From a virus (lineage: Duplodnaviria > Caudoviricetes), in the IMG/VR virus record IMGVR_UViG_3300050156_000193, positions 8,450 through 72,449 of that record: DNA of 64,000 nt; one strand, given 5' to 3'. A model generated the notes under the pieces. The model did not search any database, had not been told where the DNA came from, and worked only from the letters and a program-made list of their open reading frames with translations. The translations under genes and the position numbers were made by a program. Within the stretch, counting starts at the first letter, position 1. Every line of letters starts with the position of its first letter. Below are positions 8,242-17,574 of this stretch, one piece after another.

Positions 8242-10155
8242 TTAGCCTCCAAACAGCTCCTGAGACTTGGCATTCACCAATTCCACAGCTTGGTCAAAGT
8301 CAACGCCCAGGTCCATCAGACCAGCAACGGCAGCTTGCTTTTGTTGGCCAAGAGCCTTATTAGCAGCATACCCAGCACCTGCACCAATAGCAAGCTTCTT
8401 ACCTAGACCCATGCCTGGCTTAGCCAGCTTAGCGACACCAGCGGCTGCAGGGGTGGTCAGTGCACGGCCTGTAAGCTTTTGTCCAGCGTTGAGAACTTCG
8501 CCGATCAGGGCAGCCTTCTTTTCATTTCGAGCGTAGCGTTCGTTGGCTTGGTTTTTAAGGGACTCCACGACTCCGTGGCCCAGGCCAAGTGTCCCCCCTA
8601 ATAAATTACCCCCGGTAACTGCAGCACTATGGCTAATTCTCCCTCTTGAGAGAAGTGATAATCCACCCCCTGTCATCCCTCCCACCAGTGCCCCTCCCAA
8701 GGATTCGGCAACACCTCTGCCGGTAGCGCGAAGGCTCCCTACGACATTTTCTTTAGCCCTCCGCCCAATACCGGAGTTCTCTCCGCCGGTCTTATCATCA
8801 ATATGCCGATTCATCCCTGCAGGAGAAAATATCCCCCTAGCCACATCTGAGGCCCCAGCGCTAGCCTTCTTCACCAGCTCCACGGCATCTTCATAATCCA
8901 TACCCTGCTCAACCAAGCCAGTCACATAAGCAACCTTGACCTGATTAGGCACAGCATGGTCTTCAACCATACCTTCCTTATCAGCAATACCAGATACATT
9001 CACCTGATCCCCGCCAGCAGCACCTTGAGCCAGAGCATCTTGAATGATGGCATCAAACACTTCATTCATAGTACCGGTAGGCCGCAGGCCGTCAGAGGTA
9101 GGCATAGGCTTGATAACGGCATCACTCTCGGCCACAATTTGGGCGTTAGCGACTTGAGCCTTATTCGGCACAGCGCCAGGGGCAATACCAGTGGAGGAAG
9201 TGAGGTCTTCGGCAGAAGCTTGCTTGACCATTTCCACGGCAGAATCAAAGTCCACGCCACCTTCAATCAAAGTCTGCAGATAAGCGGCCTTTGTCAGAGT
9301 AGCGTCTTCTTCCGCAATCTCAGCTTCAGCTTGCTTCACCATCTCCACCGCTTGATCAAAGTCAATACCTTGTTCGATCAGGCTAGCCATGGCAGCAGCC
9401 TTTTCCATCTCATCGGCAATCTCAGCTTCAGCTTGCTTCACCAGTTCCACGGCATCGCCAAAGTCTACGCCTTGAGCAACCAGATGCGCAACTGCAGCAG
9501 CCTTTTCCACGCCAACTTGATTAGGAACGGCATGGTCTTCGACGTTACCTTCCTTATCGGCAATACCTGTCTCGTTCACCTGATCCACACCAGCGGCACC
9601 TTGAGCCAGAGCGTCTTGAATGATAGCGTCAAACACTTCATTCAGCGTACCAGTGGGGCGTAGGCCATCCGAAGTAGGCATAGGCTTCACCACAGCATCA
9701 GTCTCAGCGACCATTTGGGCATTAGCAACTTGGGCCTTATTAGGCACGGCGCCTGGAGCGATACCATTCGAAGAAGTGAGGTCTTCGGTGGAAGCCTTCT
9801 TCAGAAGAGCTTGGGCCAGGGCTTGTCCGGCAGTAGAGGCTTGCTTATTCATAGGGGTTTCAGGGGTGTTGAGTTGTAGAGCTGCAATCTTTTCAAAGAC
9901 TTCACGGGCCAGGGCGGCGCCAGCTTCCGATGCTGACTTCTCTTGGCCCTTCTCCTTATCTTCGTCGTCTTCCTTGGGTGACTTTTCTCCGTCTTCGTCG
10001 TCGCCCTTCTTTTCCTTATCTTCAGACTCCTTTTCCTTCAGGAAAGCAGGCTTACCCTTTTCCTTGTCGTCTGATTCGTCCTTTTCTGCCTCGGCAGCCG
10101 ACTTTTCCAGATTACCTTGAAGTTCGGCCAGGAGCTTGTCTAGGGTGAGATCCAT
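8242..10155 (-). CDS. Scaffold/internal head protein with internal duplication
   Basis: 637 aa, acidic, Ala-rich; ~93-aa duplication; five xQGxDFxxAVExV-type repeats; at least 14 K-x-A motifs; lies between protease and MCP. Confidence 0.65.
   Translation of the reverse strand: MDLTLDKLLAELQGNLEKSAAEAEKDESDDKEKGKPAFLKEKESEDKEKKGDDEDGEKSPKEDDEDKEKGQEKSASEAGAALAREVFEKIAALQLNTPETPMNKQASTAGQALAQALLKKASTEDLTSSNGIAPGAVPNKAQVANAQMVAETDAVVKPMPTSDGLRPTGTLNEVFDAIIQDALAQGAAGVDQVNETGIADKEGNVEDHAVPNQVGVEKAAAVAHLVAQGVDFGDAVELVKQAEAEIADEMEKAAAMASLIEQGIDFDQAVEMVKQAEAEIAEEDATLTKAAYLQTLIEGGVDFDSAVEMVKQASAEDLTSSTGIAPGAVPNKAQVANAQIVAESDAVIKPMPTSDGLRPTGTMNEVFDAIIQDALAQGAAGGDQVNVSGIADKEGMVEDHAVPNQVKVAYVTGLVEQGMDYEDAVELVKKASAGASDVARGIFSPAGMNRHIDDKTGGENSGIGRRAKENVVGSLRATGRGVAESLGGALVGGMTGGGLSLLSRGRISHSAAVTGGNLLGGTLGLGHGVVESLKNQANERYARNEKKAALIGEVLNAGQKLTGRALTTPAAAGVAKLAKPGMGLGKKLAIGAGAGYAANKALGQQKQAAVAGLMDLGVDFDQAVELVNAKSQELFGG
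8941..9795. repeat. Intragenic direct repeat (8941-9219 vs 9517-9795)
   Basis: Offset 576 nt; near-identical peptide ASxEDLTSSxGIAPGAVPNKAQ...VEDHAVPNQV with mostly synonymous changes. Confidence 0.9.
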
Positions 10156-10224
10156 GTAATATATCCTATTTAGTTAATGGGTTGTGATTGACTATCGTGT
10201 ATTTACTGCACTAACTTTGAATTA

Positions 10225-11790
10225 TCAAAGTCCTTTTAAGTTGTTGAGAAGGGAAGCTTTGACAAGTTCTTGAACTGAAATCGCTTCTTGTGCAGATTTG
10301 ACTAATACTATTTTAACAGGTGCTCTCTGATTATTCAAGGAATTTCTAGAAGCCAGTAAAGCTTGCTGTTCTTGCATCTTACTCTCTATCATCCGGGAGA
10401 GCAGCCACTTAGCAGCTACAGCAGCTCCTCCGATCATAAACAAAGTCTTTAACAAGCCTGGAGACTGGGAATCATGAGTCTCCTTTAGGGATCTATACGC
10501 CAAACGGCTATCCGGAACAACCTGTGGGCCATTGCCGATAAACCCCATGTTACCCCAAGGCATAGCATCTTCTGGATGAGGGAAGAGCACTGAAGGTGCA
10601 GCAAGTTGACCTCGACCTTCTTCCACCGATCTCTGCATAACCATTTCCGGGAACAGGGACGCTGATTTGACGAACGGGGTTAAAACATGGACCAATGAAA
10701 GCTTTGCTGCATTGACACTGGCAGAAGCTTCTTTCGCCATCATCATGTCAGGTACCGGGAGCTGTGAAGAGTCCTCTTGTAAAAGTCCTTGAACCAAATG
10801 CTCAATACCTTCTACGGATTGACCGGTCAGCTTCTGGCCTATATACTTGGCAAAAAACCCAACTGAGGGGGAGATACCTAACTCTGCCAGCGCATGGATA
10901 ACGTGGTGAATATCAAACTGAACCAATAGGTCTAAAACGTCGTCTTTCGGGTCTTTTACCTTAGCTAAAATAGAGGATAGAGTAGGAGAAGAGGACACGA
11001 TAGACCCTTCCACCTCTTTCACCAGTTCGCTGAGCTTCTTCATCTCCGCAGCCTTTTCCTGAAGGCCTTGTAGGAATGCAGACTCAGCAGAGCCTAAGAG
11101 CCCACCATGCATAAAAGCTTGGTCACTGGCAACCTTTTGTAGAACGCTGCTTGTGACATCTGCGGGGCGAAACACTATGGACATATCGAAGAAGCGCAAC
11201 GGCCCGTCATTAATGGCCATCGTCTTCTTTCCGTCAGCGTGGATCTTACCTAGTTCATCCCGGAGGTGGACGCAATACTCTCCTCGGGACCTGGCTTGGT
11301 TTCCACAGATCGAACAGGTGTCATAGGGGGTATGACAGGCCATAGAGGTTGAGGGAAACTCCCCCCGCTCAATCTTTTCGACAACGTCAGCACCCTTCTT
11401 CTTATCAATCCAGGCGATAATTTCGACCCGATGCATTCTGTCATTGTAGATAGAGAAGATTACCTGCCCAATTGCAATCTCAGGATTCTTATTAATGTGA
11501 TGCTTGAAGATGTGAGCGGGAGAGGTGGCAAAGCTCTCATGATAAATCTTGAGGTTTTCCTCGGGGAAATAGTCTGCATTACGGTTAGCTCCGTAGTATT
11601 CACCTGCACCCATCGCCAGGATATGTACGTAGATCTTGGAAGGATCTGGACTGATCTTTTCAGCGTACTGAGATATTCTGGAATCTGCGGCAGCAGACTT
11701 TACCATACCCTTGGCGTGATCGAAGTCTATGATCTGAATTACCGGCTCTTCGTGGAAGAAGGTTGGGTCGATATCAATGAGTTTTAACAT
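10225..11790 (-). CDS. Prohead (maturation) protease with Zn-finger insertion
   Basis: HK97/assemblin-like motifs: FKHH (His), TSMAC (Ser), FFDMSIVFRPAD; CSIC...YCVH zinc knuckle. Confidence 0.75.
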   Translation of the reverse strand: MLKLIDIDPTFFHEEPVIQIIDFDHAKGMVKSAAADSRISQYAEKISPDPSKIYVHILAMGAGEYYGANRNADYFPEENLKIYHESFATSPAHIFKHHINKNPEIAIGQVIFSIYNDRMHRVEIIAWIDKKKGADVVEKIERGEFPSTSMACHTPYDTCSICGNQARSRGEYCVHLRDELGKIHADGKKTMAINDGPLRFFDMSIVFRPADVTSSVLQKVASDQAFMHGGLLGSAESAFLQGLQEKAAEMKKLSELVKEVEGSIVSSSPTLSSILAKVKDPKDDVLDLLVQFDIHHVIHALAELGISPSVGFFAKYIGQKLTGQSVEGIEHLVQGLLQEDSSQLPVPDMMMAKEASASVNAAKLSLVHVLTPFVKSASLFPEMVMQRSVEEGRGQLAAPSVLFPHPEDAMPWGNMGFIGNGPQVVPDSRLAYRSLKETHDSQSPGLLKTLFMIGGAAVAAKWLLSRMIESKMQEQQALLASRNSLNNQRAPVKIVLVKSAQEAISVQELVKASLLNNLKGL

Positions 11791-11816
11791 AAGAGCCGGG
11801 GAGGAGTCGGTGTTAT

Positions 11817-12143
11817 TTACTTCTTTTTCGGAGTAACTACAGCAGTAGATTGTGGAGCTACTGGTAGTTTCTTTAACGAGTTATGAATAGAGTTCAAAGC
11901 CTTAAGAGACTTTTGTTGAAGCTCTAACTGACTCATATTAGCGTCGTTTCTAGCCTTGTTTGTCCGGTAATTGGACACCCCTAGGGCAAAAGAAGTCGCA
12001 CCCATTCCTAGGCCAACCTTAGAATGAAAGGGGGTCAATCTGATTCCCGTAGCAACAGATTGGCCTGCTTCCCCGAGCTTCTTGGCCGTAACTCCTCCCG
12101 CCTTACTAGCGTTGGATATGACCTTTTTCAGTATAGGGTTCAA
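11817..12143 (-). CDS. Small virion-associated protein
   Basis: SD AGGAGG + TTG; MNPILKKV N-terminus; hydrophobic VGLGMGATSFALGV segment. Confidence 0.6.
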   Translation of the reverse strand: MNPILKKVISNASKAGGVTAKKLGEAGQSVATGIRLTPFHSKVGLGMGATSFALGVSNYRTNKARNDANMSQLELQQKSLKALNSIHNSLKKLPVAPQSTAVVTPKKK

Positions 12144-12155
12144 AGCTCCTCCTGT

Positions 12156-12668
12156 TTAAACGTAAGACTTCGGAGAGAACATAGAGTTCTTGCGAGAATC
12201 AATCACTCGGCTTTCCAGCTCAGCTAGAGTCTTTACCGTCATAGGATCGATACCTTCCCCATGCACTGCATTGGCTAGGATAGAGCTGAGCAGATTAGGA
12301 TCTGCTGCAACGTGAGGTGCAAACTTAAAAATGGTTTCCCCGTAGGAGCGAATCTTTGCAGAGTCAGCTTGACCTAGTAAAGGGTTGGTAGAAGTGACAT
12401 GGCGGAGAGCTTCTTCGTACTTTGCACGAAGATTAGCAGTTCCAGCTGCATTGAGAGCTGAGGAGACTCCGTGAATTCCCAGGCCTAAAGCTAGACCGGT
12501 AACTCCGGTGGCAACAGCTTTGCCTGCATGACCAATTAGAAACTCCCCGAGGCCTGTAAGATTGACAGCCTCTTTCACAAAGCCCTCTACAAATTCTTGG
12601 GCTAAGTTACCATCCCCTGCAAATTTTTCCAGGCCGATTTCGTAGATTTCTTGAGTAGTTTGATCCAT
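12156..12668 (-). CDS. Virion-associated protein (probable start ATG 12668)
   Basis: MDQTTQEIYEIGLEKFAGD...; Gly/Ala hydrophobic segment; longer ORF call overlaps upstream gene. Confidence 0.6.
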   Translation of the reverse strand: MDQTTQEIYEIGLEKFAGDGNLAQEFVEGFVKEAVNLTGLGEFLIGHAGKAVATGVTGLALGLGIHGVSSALNAAGTANLRAKYEEALRHVTSTNPLLGQADSAKIRSYGETIFKFAPHVAADPNLLSSILANAVHGEGIDPMTVKTLAELESRVIDSRKNSMFSPKSYV

Positions 12669-12727
12669 GATATAGTATTTAGTATATAGGTGTGAGAGAT
12701 ATTTTGCAACCCTGGAGTAGATTAGGA

Positions 12728-13879
12728 TTAACCTTGAAGAGCTTCCCAAACGCTGCCTGAGCGATCCTTTGCAGGGTCTACTTGGGGCTTAAACATAGAA
12801 GCGTCCATAGCCGCACCTCCCGCCGCCATGCCTGCTGCGGTAATGGATAGCGCCTTCTTTGAAGGAGTAATAGTGGGAATACCCAAGTCCTTACCCTTAG
12901 TGGTGTTTGCCGCCCAGTTTTGAATCTTAGCGCCGCCTACTTTAAGAGGAGCCTTTACTGCCCCAGCTAAACCTTTACCGATCATCTTAATACCGGACCC
13001 GGCCAACGAAGCAGTGCCTCCAATAGCTTTACCGACACCAGAGCCTATTCCCTTGGCGACAGTCCCGGCAAGGGCTCCTAAGAAAGCTTCTTTTTGCATT
13101 TCCTCAGCCTGCTTTTGCAGACCGGAACGCTTTTGAAGCTCAGCTTGAATTTCTTCTGCCAAGATCAACTTATCGGACAGCTCTTCTGCGGCCTTTAGGA
13201 ATTCGGGTTTACGGAAAGATGCCGATTTCGTCATTTCTCCTACAAAGTCTAAGCTTTCCCTAGGGGTTCCATAAACCAGGCAGCTTACCTTCTTGAAATG
13301 AGCAGGGTCTAAAATTGCACAGGAGAGCTTCTCTAGGCCTAAAGGATCAGCCTTCACCTCAGAGGCAAGCTTGACCAATTGCTGAGCTAGAACTAGGCCT
13401 TCTGCTTGTAAGAACTCAACTCGACGCGCATTGGCGTGAGCTTCCTTAATGAAGAACGCTTGAAGGGCCTGCTTTTCCATAAGAGGGAAAGAGTACTGAA
13501 GAGAAGCTTCTGCTTCAACTTCCTGGGTTGCCAATGCGCCGGCTCGTTTTTCAGACCAAGTTTGATTAGACTCTTCCATAAGAGAGGCTGACTTTACTTG
13601 CTGAGGGACATCGAAGGCTTCTGGGATCGAAGCCATCTTGAGAATTTGACCATACTCAGCCAGGGGGAATTCCGAAGTACGGTCCCCAGTAACCTCTATG
13701 CTTTTAAGGTAGGTTAGGGTATTGGTAGCTTCGACAGCTCTACGCAACTGCTCAGGGTTCAGGTCTTTCTCCGAAGCCATCTTGGCCAAACCTTGGTTCA
13801 AGGAAATGCCTGAGTTTAGAAAGTCGCTTGTGCATTTAACAGCGATTTCTTGGAGATCGGAAACAGAGATACTGGCCAT
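12728..13879 (-). CDS. Virion-associated protein, K-x-A-rich with Gly-zipper C-terminus
   Basis: At least 11 K-x-A motifs; TAAAAT-N6-ATG start. Confidence 0.7.
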   Translation of the reverse strand: MASISVSDLQEIAVKCTSDFLNSGISLNQGLAKMASEKDLNPEQLRRAVEATNTLTYLKSIEVTGDRTSEFPLAEYGQILKMASIPEAFDVPQQVKSASLMEESNQTWSEKRAGALATQEVEAEASLQYSFPLMEKQALQAFFIKEAHANARRVEFLQAEGLVLAQQLVKLASEVKADPLGLEKLSCAILDPAHFKKVSCLVYGTPRESLDFVGEMTKSASFRKPEFLKAAEELSDKLILAEEIQAELQKRSGLQKQAEEMQKEAFLGALAGTVAKGIGSGVGKAIGGTASLAGSGIKMIGKGLAGAVKAPLKVGGAKIQNWAANTTKGKDLGIPTITPSKKALSITAAGMAAGGAAMDASMFKPQVDPAKDRSGSVWEALQG

Positions 13880-13902
13880 GGTTTGATTTTAAGTTTGAAA
13901 GA

Positions 13903-14079
13903 TCAATTCTTGTTACGGATGAGCTTTTTAAGCTCATGTCCTACAGAATACGCCCCTAGAAGCCCAGCCCCAGTAAGAGCAACGCCCTTTCCAAAACGAG
14001 ATTTCCCCGAAGCAGTAGAAAGATAGTCTTTCAAGTGAGACTTACTAAATAACGCGCTCCGCGCTTCATATGAGTTAAT
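13903..14079 (-). CDS. Unlisted 58-aa hydrophobic ORF (ATT start or decayed start)
   Basis: Open frame INSYEARSALFSK...GKGVALTGAGLLGAYSVGHELKKLIRNKN*; ATT overlaps the TAA of 14079-14708. Confidence 0.35.
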   Translation of the reverse strand: MNSYEARSALFSKSHLKDYLSTASGKSRFGKGVALTGAGLLGAYSVGHELKKLIRNKN

Positions 14080-14708
14080 TACAAGGCATCAAAGCCCTTG
14101 AATTCAGGATTGATTGACATGAGCGCCAGCTCGATGTCCTTTCTAGCAGCATCAGAGTCCATAACCCAGGCCTTGAGAAGACGTGCCAAGTCCATACTAA
14201 GCTTTGTCCATTTCGTAGCCTCTTTACTCCCCTCAGAAGCATTGCCTGAGAATAGAGCCTCTTTGCTCTTAAACACTGAAAGAGTGAATAGCTCTTGTAA
14301 TCCCTCTACCGGATTTAGATTAATAGTCTTACCCAGCCTCCATGCAATGAAGTCCAAACCTTGGCTTAAAGCCCAGATCTTCATACCCCTGATACTCTCT
14401 GATTCCTCCTCTTCAATAAGCTCTAAGAAACTCAGCTTATCAAACTGAGAAATATCGAAGAAGATACTTCGGTAATTGTCTAAGACTGGAACTGGGATTT
14501 CTATAATAGAGGCAATCTTAGCAAGGTCAGTGCTTGCAATCAAGCAAGCCTCGACATAACCTCGTTTAATATCGGATTTGAAAATACCCAGAGACTTTTG
14601 ATAAAGCTCGGTAACTTGAGAGTCGCCCGCAAGGATAGAGTCTACTAAGGTATCTTTACCAGTAGACTTGTTCTTGATTAGAACGTATCGGGCATACACT
14701 TCGGGCAC
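14079..14708 (-). CDS. Hypothetical protein in head module
   Basis: 209-aa helical ORF with phage-like codon use; function not recognised. Confidence 0.65.
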   Translation of the reverse strand: MPEVYARYVLIKNKSTGKDTLVDSILAGDSQVTELYQKSLGIFKSDIKRGYVEACLIASTDLAKIASIIEIPVPVLDNYRSIFFDISQFDKLSFLELIEEEESESIRGMKIWALSQGLDFIAWRLGKTINLNPVEGLQELFTLSVFKSKEALFSGNASEGSKEATKWTKLSMDLARLLKAWVMDSDAARKDIELALMSINPEFKGFDAL

Positions 14709-14784
14709 GGGAGGCTTTGCTGAATTAGAGGGGGGGCCTCTATGAGCAGATCTTAAACGAGTTTATTCAACAGCTTAGCGGATG

Positions 14785-16701
14785 TCAACCGTTGGTCTGT
14801 CCAGAGACGGTTTTCGGATCATACCCCTTATTCATGATGACGGTAGTCTTCAGCTTGGAAACACAGTCTCCAAGCATTTTATACACGTTCTTGATTTGGG
14901 CGATAATAGCAAAAACCGATTCTGAATCCATACCTTTAGACATTTGGTCTAACTTTACTCGAGTCAAGAAAAGGGTTCTACCCAGCTTGTCAACAGCCAT
15001 GTCCAACTCAGGGAGGTACTCTTCAATATGCTCCCAGAGATCTGGTACTTGTAGGAGCTGGGCAATAACGGTAGCTTCTAGGACTTGACTGTCATTCAAA
15101 CCAGCTGCATCTTGCAAGTTAGAGGCGAAGTTATTGCTTAGCGCACCATTAGGAGCAACCTTGTCAACTCTAGGAGCGACTGCACCATATTGAGGAATAG
15201 TGGCCGGGGCAAAGTCAGTACTGGCCGCTTCCGCAGACTTTGACAGGAAAACCTTGAGAAGCTTGAACTCTTCAGCCTGCTTCAAGAAGCTACCTGCATC
15301 GGTCGGATCCAAGTGCTCCTCTTCCACCAGAACCTTCAATGCCGAGGGGAATCCTCCAAGAGTCTTTCCGTTGGCAGAGAACTCGACGCCATCATGACGT
15401 AGATTGAGTTCAGCACCTAGGTATTGAGAGGCTACCAATTCCTTACCTAAAAGAGCATCATTAACGCTTCGCTCAACCTCGGAGTCAACAGATTGAGTCA
15501 AGGTAACAACGATGGCATTGTAGGGTACAAACAACGTGTCCCCAATAACATCCACTTCTTTGGTATAGTTTCTGTAACCTGAAATCTTACCGATACGCTC
15601 TGCACAAACTTGGATATCAACACCTGATTGAGTCAGAGTTACAGAATTTGCAGTGAACGGGCCTAGGGCTTCTCCGGCTGAGGTGAACAGGATGAATTCT
15701 TCCCCCCGAGCCAAGTCTCGCAGAAGCTTTGGAGGGTTAACTTCAAAGATATCAGTCAGGACCTTTTGAGTATCCAAAGGATCTCCGTTGGTCACCAGGT
15801 TTCCTCTTGCGTAAGTCCCGTCCATGAATAGACTGACAATGCTTCTATTCCCAACCGGATTTAGTCGGTGGTATTTCGGGAGATATGCAGGCTTGCTCTG
15901 ACCATTCTTGAATGCAATAGTGAAGTCCCTGCCCCCATCTGACATCGGGTTCACCTCTGTGAACTTGCCAGATTGATTGAAGGGTTGATAGGTGACTGCA
16001 ATTCTCGAGAAGGGATTGGCCCCGGTAATGACATATCCGTCTTGTGCAAAGGCTGCAGACATGACAGCATCACCTAAGCTCTGAACAGCACGAGGAGAGG
16101 TGATAACCGAAACGTCGTTAACTCGATTGATAACCGGCCCAGTTGCACCTGAGTTAATAGGCTTTCCCTGAGCTTGGGCGTTCAGGACCGAGAAGATAGC
16201 CTTGAGGCCAAACATCTTGTCAAGCTTGGAGTATAGGCTTTGTTCAGCAGCAATCTTCTCAAAGGTAAACTGCTTTACCGCTTCCGGCAGGATAGACAGG
16301 AACTCCGTCAGTCTACTGGTGGATGCATAGACAAACTTCCCAGTTCGAGGAGGATTAATCATTGCCGACACATCGGGGTTTGTCGGAACGGTATCTGGGA
16401 TCTTCTTCGACTTACCCGCAGTGGCAGAGACTGATGAGACGATCTGAGAGATCGTAGCATTCGTCAGAGGTCTAAACTGAGCCTCTGTTTCAAAAAAAGC
16501 AGAGTCAACAGGGAAGACCGTGTCCCCCTTGGCCACTACTGGGATGTACACAATTCCTAACCCAGCTCTTAGGATAAAGATACCCGCCTTTACCCCATCT
16601 TCTCCTAGGTCTTGAGTAATCTCTGAAAAGTTCAGAATCAGAGGTCCAAGTTCCGGAGCAGTCTGAAGAAACTTAGCTAGAGCAATGTCGGAAAATTCCA
16701 T
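14785..16701 (-). CDS. Large virion structural protein (unknown)
   Basis: 638 aa; K-x-A motifs; TATAAT-N6-ATG start; located in structural cluster. Confidence 0.65.
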   Translation of the reverse strand: MEFSDIALAKFLQTAPELGPLILNFSEITQDLGEDGVKAGIFILRAGLGIVYIPVVAKGDTVFPVDSAFFETEAQFRPLTNATISQIVSSVSATAGKSKKIPDTVPTNPDVSAMINPPRTGKFVYASTSRLTEFLSILPEAVKQFTFEKIAAEQSLYSKLDKMFGLKAIFSVLNAQAQGKPINSGATGPVINRVNDVSVITSPRAVQSLGDAVMSAAFAQDGYVITGANPFSRIAVTYQPFNQSGKFTEVNPMSDGGRDFTIAFKNGQSKPAYLPKYHRLNPVGNRSIVSLFMDGTYARGNLVTNGDPLDTQKVLTDIFEVNPPKLLRDLARGEEFILFTSAGEALGPFTANSVTLTQSGVDIQVCAERIGKISGYRNYTKEVDVIGDTLFVPYNAIVVTLTQSVDSEVERSVNDALLGKELVASQYLGAELNLRHDGVEFSANGKTLGGFPSALKVLVEEEHLDPTDAGSFLKQAEEFKLLKVFLSKSAEAASTDFAPATIPQYGAVAPRVDKVAPNGALSNNFASNLQDAAGLNDSQVLEATVIAQLLQVPDLWEHIEEYLPELDMAVDKLGRTLFLTRVKLDQMSKGMDSESVFAIIAQIKNVYKMLGDCVSKLKTTVIMNKGYDPKTVSGQTNG

Positions 16702-16770
16702 GATGAGATTATAGAGGATTAGGAAATAAGAATCTATCCTATTTTAGATAGAAAGCCTAAAATGCTGCGT

Positions 16771-17574
16771 TTAACAGCAGCAGCCAGGGGCAGAGACTTT
16801 GCCCAGGCCAGGGTCAGGATTGCTTGGTCCGGAAGAAGACGCTACTTGAATAGTAGAGTCTCGGATTGCAGGAGAGCTTCCATTTGCAGTTTTGTAAATA
16901 GCACCCCCTACTATGCTTGAGGCATAGGCCTCAGGAGTCATGCCGTTTCTATCTGACTTACCCAACCCTAGATAGGCGGCAATAGCTGCTGTGATTTTCG
17001 AAGGAAAGGCTCGGTTATAAGAGTCTCCATTCACCCGGTACGCACCATTTTTGAAAGATACTGCTCGATACTTTCCTTCGAGGATAACCAAACCTGCCAA
17101 GATTGCCTTGTGCATGTTTGCCTCTCCTAAGACATGACCTAGAAGATCTTGACCTGGTGCAACACAGAGCTGAGGTGCAAGGTCTGGTCTCAGTCTTTCA
17201 ATCTCACAGCTCCCGGAGGGAGATCCTCCTTTGATGAAGTTCCAACCCATCACCTGCATTAACCCCACCCCATATAGCCCTTTATTGACGTTATCAATCG
17301 CAGTAGCGCTTCCAGAGGAGAAGATGCTTTTGATTGCAGAGCTATTCAGGAAATGAAACCCTCCAGTCCCAGGAGTTGAAGCTACCTTAGGACCTATGGC
17401 GTTGGCGTTATGAGTACTCTCTAATCGGATTTGTGCATTGATGATATTTACAATATCCTGCTCCTGACCCAGAGTGCCAGCAAAGTAAGTCTCTACGTGA
17501 GACTTAATGATATCCTTGACTTTAGGGATTCTAGAAGCGTCATACCCAATCTTAGGGGCAGTTCCGATAGTCAT
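16771..17574 (-). CDS. Lysozyme/transglycosylase-like peptidoglycan hydrolase
   Basis: IRLES (catalytic Glu), GVGLMQVMGWNF and AYLG motifs of the lysozyme-like superfamily. Confidence 0.65.
   Translation of the reverse strand: MTIGTAPKIGYDASRIPKVKDIIKSHVETYFAGTLGQEQDIVNIINAQIRLESTHNANAIGPKVASTPGTGGFHFLNSSAIKSIFSSGSATAIDNVNKGLYGVGLMQVMGWNFIKGGSPSGSCEIERLRPDLAPQLCVAPGQDLLGHVLGEANMHKAILAGLVILEGKYRAVSFKNGAYRVNGDSYNRAFPSKITAAIAAYLGLGKSDRNGMTPEAYASSIVGGAIYKTANGSSPAIRDSTIQVASSSGPSNPDPGLGKVSAPGCCC

Noticed and set aside
14079-14708. Small terminase subunit
   Set aside because: Size and position are compatible, but no recognisable HTH or terminase motif
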